This document shows positions 36,161 through 41,654 of a DNA stretch of 41,654 nt, piece by piece. The position numbers and the translations under genes are program-made. The number at the start of each line of letters is the position of its first letter. Positions within the stretch are counted from its first letter, which is position 1. The stretch covers positions 3,761,422 to 3,803,075 of the forward strand of contig JARFOE010000219.1 of assembly GCA_031763465.1 (NCBI GenBank), given 5' to 3'. This stretch comes from Squatina squatina (Eukaryota). Under the pieces are notes generated by a model. The model worked only from the letters and a program-made list of their open reading frames with translations. It did no database searches and had not been told where the DNA came from.

Positions 36161-37171
36161 AAATGGGTTATGTTGGGTTTGGGGATTCATTGGATGAATT
36201 ATTTTTTAATAAAATTTTTTTTTAATTCCTTCAGCACTATGAGCAGTATGCTGTGCTCTAATTTATGAATAATAAAAGGCAAAATGCTGCTGATTTGGTA
36301 ATGTGATGGGACCTTGAATGCACTGGGCCGAAAAGTGTTAGGACATGAGTTTGCAACTGTGATTCTCCCATGTGGGCAACTCCCTAGTTTTAACTGTAGT
36401 TTCAAGGTGGGAGGATGGGGATGTCCCTAAGCAGAAGCCAGACACCACCTACAGAAAGAGCAGAATATCAGTTAGAGAGTAAGCCATTCTAGATCATATT
36501 TCTTCTAGCTATATTGGGAAGAGGCCTGGAAACAGATTGCTTGCCCATTCTCTGAGCCAGAATGAATGGTGGAGAGAAATATAAATGATCTTACAAAGGA
36601 CAAAAAGGTATTGATTTATAGAATGCGACGATAGGATATCTCTCAGTTTTGAAAGAGTAATCCCTTGATCTTGTCATGCACTTTGGAACTTGTGGAAATT
36701 TTGAGAGTTCACATTCAAACCTGACAGCTCCTTCTAACTGTCCTTCGAACCTAAGAGAATGAGGCAATTAAATTGCAGAATGTGAATGTTTTTATAACAG
36801 TTATAGCCAAAAGGGGTTTAATCCTTACCATACAGAATAAACCAAACTCCCGATGGTTATTGCAACAAATGCTGTGAGTGAGACTTCAAGGGTTAAGAGT
36901 CAATTATGTTTTTAATGAAAGTTACAAAACCTTGAGTCTGGTCCCTCAGGCAGACATACAATAAAGCTGTTAAGCCAACTTTCACCCCCTAAAAGGGAAA
37001 AAGATCTGATTGTCACAAAATGCTTTCTTTAAAATAGCCCAGCATTACCCAGATGGAACATGCCCAGTAGGNNNNNNNNNNNNNNNNNNNNNNNNNNNNN
37101 NNNNNNNNNNNNNNNNNNNNNNNNNNNNNNNNNNNNNNNNNNNNNNNNNNNNNNNNNNNNNNNNNNNNNNN

Positions 37172-37243
37172 GGGTCATCGACCCGAAACGTTTACTCTTT
37201 TTTTCTCTCCACAGATGCTGCCTGACCTGCTGAGTTTTTCCAC
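37172..37243 (+). mobile_element. Penelope-like element terminal repeat fragment with partial hammerhead core
   Basis: gggtcatcgacccgaaacgtttactc...ctctccacagatgctgcctgacctgctgag, a common shark repeat terminus by my recognition. Confidence 0.65.
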
Positions 37244-40152
37244 CTTTTTATTGTTTGTATGACTGTTTGTTTGTTGACCTGCCTTTCATATGGAAAATCA
37301 GTGTTGTAGTCTCATTACTTTCTGACATTTGGTAACATCTGCAGTTAATAAATCTGCCCTTTAGTTCACCAACTAGTTTCTGTGCTACGTTGACCTGTAA
37401 ACGCACAACTGTTTTAGAGAGAAATTCTCAATTACTTGTTTATCAACTAGCTTTTGGAATTTGTCTTCAAATTCTGTAACCTGAAAAGCAGTTAAATAAC
37501 ATGTGCCTTCGGTTTGCAGAATTCAAAAAGCTGGTTGGTAACTGAGAAACATATCATCAACAGCAATTTCCAGTTTCATATAAACCAAAATGCCTTGCGC
37601 CCAACACAGCAAGGCCCCTCTCATTCTACACAGATTTAAAAAAAAACACGTGTTAACCCTCCTAAGGGGACCTTATGGGGATGACATGATAGCTCCATAC
37701 ATCTTTGTTTCCCTGCCTCAACCAATCTAAAAATTCTAATGTGTACCCTCTAGTTACATTTTCCTTACAACACAGCAAGACTGTTGTGCAGAGGATGCTG
37801 CAGTGGTGCATGAAGTAATGATGAGCGAAGGTGGAAGCAATATGTGCTCATGTGAAAAGCTTATCCTTGTTGCAACATTACTCATGCATTTGTCAGAAGA
37901 CTATGTGAAGAAGTCATAAGAATTCAGCATTGAAAAGTGGACCAGTTTATGATCACATTAATGGGCTATTTGTTCTAAATCTGGACACCAGACAGAAAAG
38001 ACCTCTACAGTTGATACACTCCTTTGTTTGATTCGAACAGCTTTATTGTTGTGGGACCGGACTCAAGGTTTTGTAAAATTCATACCTGTGCATCAAGGTG
38101 CTAGCTTTGTTGACATGACATCTCATTTACTTTTATTTAAAATATCTCCTCTGTAATATTAAGATAAACAGTAAATGCTGTTAAAAGAAATTAAATGTTA
38201 CAACAAAGGAGCAAAATCTCATTTTCTGCTTGAGGTGCAGGAAAGTATTACGTTTCTTTTGGTCTCCCAGAGATTCAATCTAATTTAATTCTCTGTCGTT
38301 TCTAAATAAACACTCTTAAAACCTTTTTCATCCTTGGGAATAAGGATGATAGGGGTAATCAATATTTCTAGCATTTTAATTAAAGCCGTTAGTGGAATAA
38401 TTCCATTTAATTATCCGTTAATGAAATACAAGGTCATTTACCTGACAGGAACTTTGAAGGTGGATTATTAGAAAAAAATGCAAACAAACTCCATGTCAGA
38501 ACCATTTAGCTGCTGTCAGATGGAAGGTTAACAAAAACTTTCAGGCTTTTTCATTTTTTTTTGAGGGATTTTCAACTTTTCATTTATGAAACTGTGAAGA
38601 TGGTAGAAAACAAATGTGACCTCAATTAAAGCTGTCTCTTGTAAATGTTGATTTGTAGTCATTAGNNNNNNNNNNGTCCTTGATTTTAAGCTGATAAGTC
38701 CTCAGGTTTAGCTTATAAAAGGATAAAGACATTTTAGATTACCCTGTATTTATCACAAATGTACCAAAGCAAAAAAGACACAGGGTTCTGACATACCATC
38801 ACATATACATCACAAAGCACCTCCATGATTAATATAACGTTGCCTTGCTTCAGAATTTTAGCCAAAACTGCATCACTTTATGATGGAATATCTCAGCAGA
38901 AGTAAAACTGATTTTAGCTGAGTCAGTAATATGTAATTTAACTGTGTACAAAATCTCAGTGTACAATACACTGTGTCAAAGGCTTGAATGTTGTGTGTTA
39001 CCTATCCTTTCATGTAGGTTGGACATTTCTAAAACCACTTTCTCTAGCCTTTGTTCTTGCTTAACTTCATTACTCAGTCTTCCTCGTCAGTGAAGTATAT
39101 CTCTTTATCCCAGTTCTCACACTGATCTTTCACAACTGTTCTTTTGTCTTTCATTACCAGATATTAAAATCAATTTCCTTCTATTACTATTCCTGCTAAC
39201 GTACTGCAAGCTTTTTAAAATCAATGACTTTCACTATCTCAATTATAATACTCTTTCCCCATAGACATTAATTTATTCTGCAATAACCTGATAAATATCG
39301 TCTATTATGTAGGGAAAAGAGTTTTCAGCAACATTGGTAGACTTGTAGGATGTGTAGGCATTGGCCAGTAAATCAGTATAATTTACGTTTCTTGTAGTAT
39401 TTAAATAATGCTGTACGCTTCAGTGTTGAGGTTACTTCATTAATGGTGACAAATTTTTATTTTCAAACGAGTAGTATATTTTTATAGGGTATTAAATATT
39501 TTCAAAATACTACAATGGCTCTATCAGATTTTATATGTACATTGTGCAAAATCAATTTCGATGTTTTTGTAATCATATCATGAACTAATAAAGAGTGGCA
39601 CCGGTTAGGACCAGCTACCCTGGTATTTGCATTAAAACAAAGTACAACAATAAAACTGGTTCCTCGCGTCTACGAATTGTTTACTTTGTCGACATGCAGA
39701 ACACAGAAGCATGCAGTGAAAATAAAAACATGCACTGACTAGTGAATACAGGGTTTAGATGTACTCAGAATTAAAGAGGAGTGTCAGAGCTCAAACTGTA
39801 ATCTGAATTCAAAGCAGAAATTGATGGCTGGAGATGGTACTTTGAATTAAAGGGAGTGCTAGAGTTGAACCTGTGTTCTGAAGTAAAAGTGAGAGCACGT
39901 TGGCTCTCATCTCAAAGTCAGCACCTTCATGTTAGAGGATTTGACCTCAACACTAGGGATGAAGATAAATCTTCTGAAATTAAGATTTCACAGAAACTTT
40001 GTGTCTTTCACTTTTCTTTCCCCCTCCTCTGATTGACTTTAGTAAACTGTAAAAGTGGCAATTACACCAAATTATCACAACTTCTGGGCTGCACATTGCA
40101 TTGCTCTACTGAATGGTTGGATAGTGATTCCCTGTACTGAGTATCTCAGCTC

Positions 40153-40213
40153 AAAAAAAGACTTGCATTTCTATAGTGCCTTTCACGACCACCGGACATC
40201 CCAAAGCGCTTTA
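40153..40213 (-). mobile_element. SINE 3' tail (L2-type tail, DeuSINE/SacSINE-like)
   Basis: Reverse complement taaagcgctttgggatgtccggtggtcgtgaaaggcactatagaaatgcaagtcttttttt resembles shark SINE tails. Truncated by a gap. Confidence 0.6.
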
Positions 40214-41654
40214 NNNNNNNNNNNNNNNNNNNNNNNNNNNNNNNNNNNNNNNNNNNNNNNNNNNNNNNNNNNNNNNNNNNNNNNNNNNNNNNNNNNNNNN
40301 NNNNNNNNNNNNNTAATCTAACTCCTTCCTTATAGAACCTCACTAACTGCTGGAATATCTTACCTCCCTGGCACAATATACTGGCTTTTAAAGCCCAAGC
40401 TTGTTACCACCTGACCAGTAGGTCTTCCTTTATCTCATTTCCTACACTCTTTAGTGTCGGTGGTGCCCTACATTATTGACGTTGGCCCTTCACCTGGATT
40501 TAATAAGAAAAATGTCATTATTTTTACCTAAAGAAATAATTCATGATGCCAATTTAAAATATAATTTGAGAAATAGAATTTATTTTTGTTCTCGGTGCAC
40601 TCTTCGCTTGAGAATTTTAGCTGTGACATTAAGATCAGCTTTTTACATGTCATCTAATGCATTGCTAATTAAGGTTTGCATGTTCATTAAAGCTTAGGCC
40701 AATGTTAATTACATATATTAATGGAATCTTGTGTAACACCTGCCTAAAGCGATGGCCTTTAATCTTCCAAATATCTCAATTGAGGCTGCTGTTGTTATGA
40801 GTTTTCCATAATTTGAATTCTACATACAACCATATAGTTTCTCGATCGTCTTTTGCATATTTTTCCAATGCATATATTAAATGCATGCCTGTAGTTTTAA
40901 AATTCTGAAGAGTTTATTAATGCTTGTCACTGGAGGCACTGAATTTTTTTTTATCTCTACAAAATATATGTTACATTGACCATCTGTTTCTGATATAGTC
41001 CTTTCCTGTTTGTTTAACTCCCGTGGAGTTTTTGCAAATGCTTCTCTGTCAGCTTCAAAGTATACTTGAAGACTTTCTATTCATTGTTCATAACTGCACA
41101 AAGGCAGAAAACATTTAGAAGTTTATTACTGTTTTATTCAAAACACTTGAGCAGGAAAATCCTTTTACACTGTATCTGCCTGTTACAGTGCCCAGGAAAG
41201 GAGTTGCTATTGTGCTTTTTAAACCACAAAAGGTTTTTAAGTGCATGTTTTCATCCATTGATTTGAAAGAGTTCTACTTTTATCTGAAAATTGTAGTTTC
41301 ATATTTTGTCTTTGTGTTGATATTTGCAAAACTGATACACTTCTATTTATTTCCATCAACTGTAAAGATTGAATTATTTAATATTAGGCAGAATATTTGT
41401 AATTATTGACAGGTCTTGTAAGAGTATACTTAACTGTACAATTGACTGACATATCACTGTAATCTTCAATGATGTATGAATGATTGATGTTTACATATGC
41501 TATCACCAGAGTACATGTTAGAGCTTACAGCAATCAGAAAATTCATTGTGAGCATACAGAGCAGGGTATGAATAGTAAATGATAATGGTTCCTACTGGCA
41601 ATGCTTTACATACCTCCTCTGATTGACAGAATACCCAACAGAGAATCCACAAGG

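Noticed and set aside
1-41654. Extreme compaction of the NUBPL-ARHGAP5-AKAP6 locus and apparent exon losses (NUBPL last exon, two ARHGAP5 GAP exons, AKAP6 first coding exon and one spectrin exon)
   Set aside because: About twenty fixed 100-N gaps of unknown true size separate short contigs. Missing exons and short distances are best explained by incomplete assembly.
1-41654. CRISPR arrays, tRNA/rRNA genes, viral or prokaryotic systems
   Set aside because: No regularly spaced repeats, cloverleaf or rRNA signatures, or operon-like ORF density were seen. The content is spliced vertebrate genes plus transposon debris.

Overview
Fragmentary, gap-rich vertebrate genomic scaffold, most likely from a cartilaginous fish (shark/ray) judging by its repeat content. 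About twenty fixed 100-N gaps and several sized gaps join short contigs. It carries three + strand spliced genes in the order known from human 14q12-13. These are three late exons of NUBPL, most of ARHGAP5 (p190B RhoGAP: giant first coding exon, RhoGAP-domain exons, last exon and 3' UTR), and the 5' half of AKAP6 (mAKAP: putative promoter and non-coding exon 1, plus four coding exons). Interspersed are decayed CR1, L2 and RTE LINE fragments, PIF/Harbinger Myb-gene remnants and MITEs, a SINE tail, and Penelope-type termini with a partial hammerhead-ribozyme core. I see no prokaryotic-type system (CRISPR, operon, defence island) and no convincingly new gene. The most notable observations are: ~600 bp of non-coding DNA abutting the ARHGAP5 GTPase coding sequence without a splice site; a GC-AG intron whose acceptor region is tandemly duplicated; a perfect Kozak context at the internal mAKAPbeta-equivalent Met; a candidate AKAP6 promoter with an RFX X-box; and a speculative in-frame AKAP6 cassette exon. 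All homology calls come from my recognition of the sequences, not from database searches.
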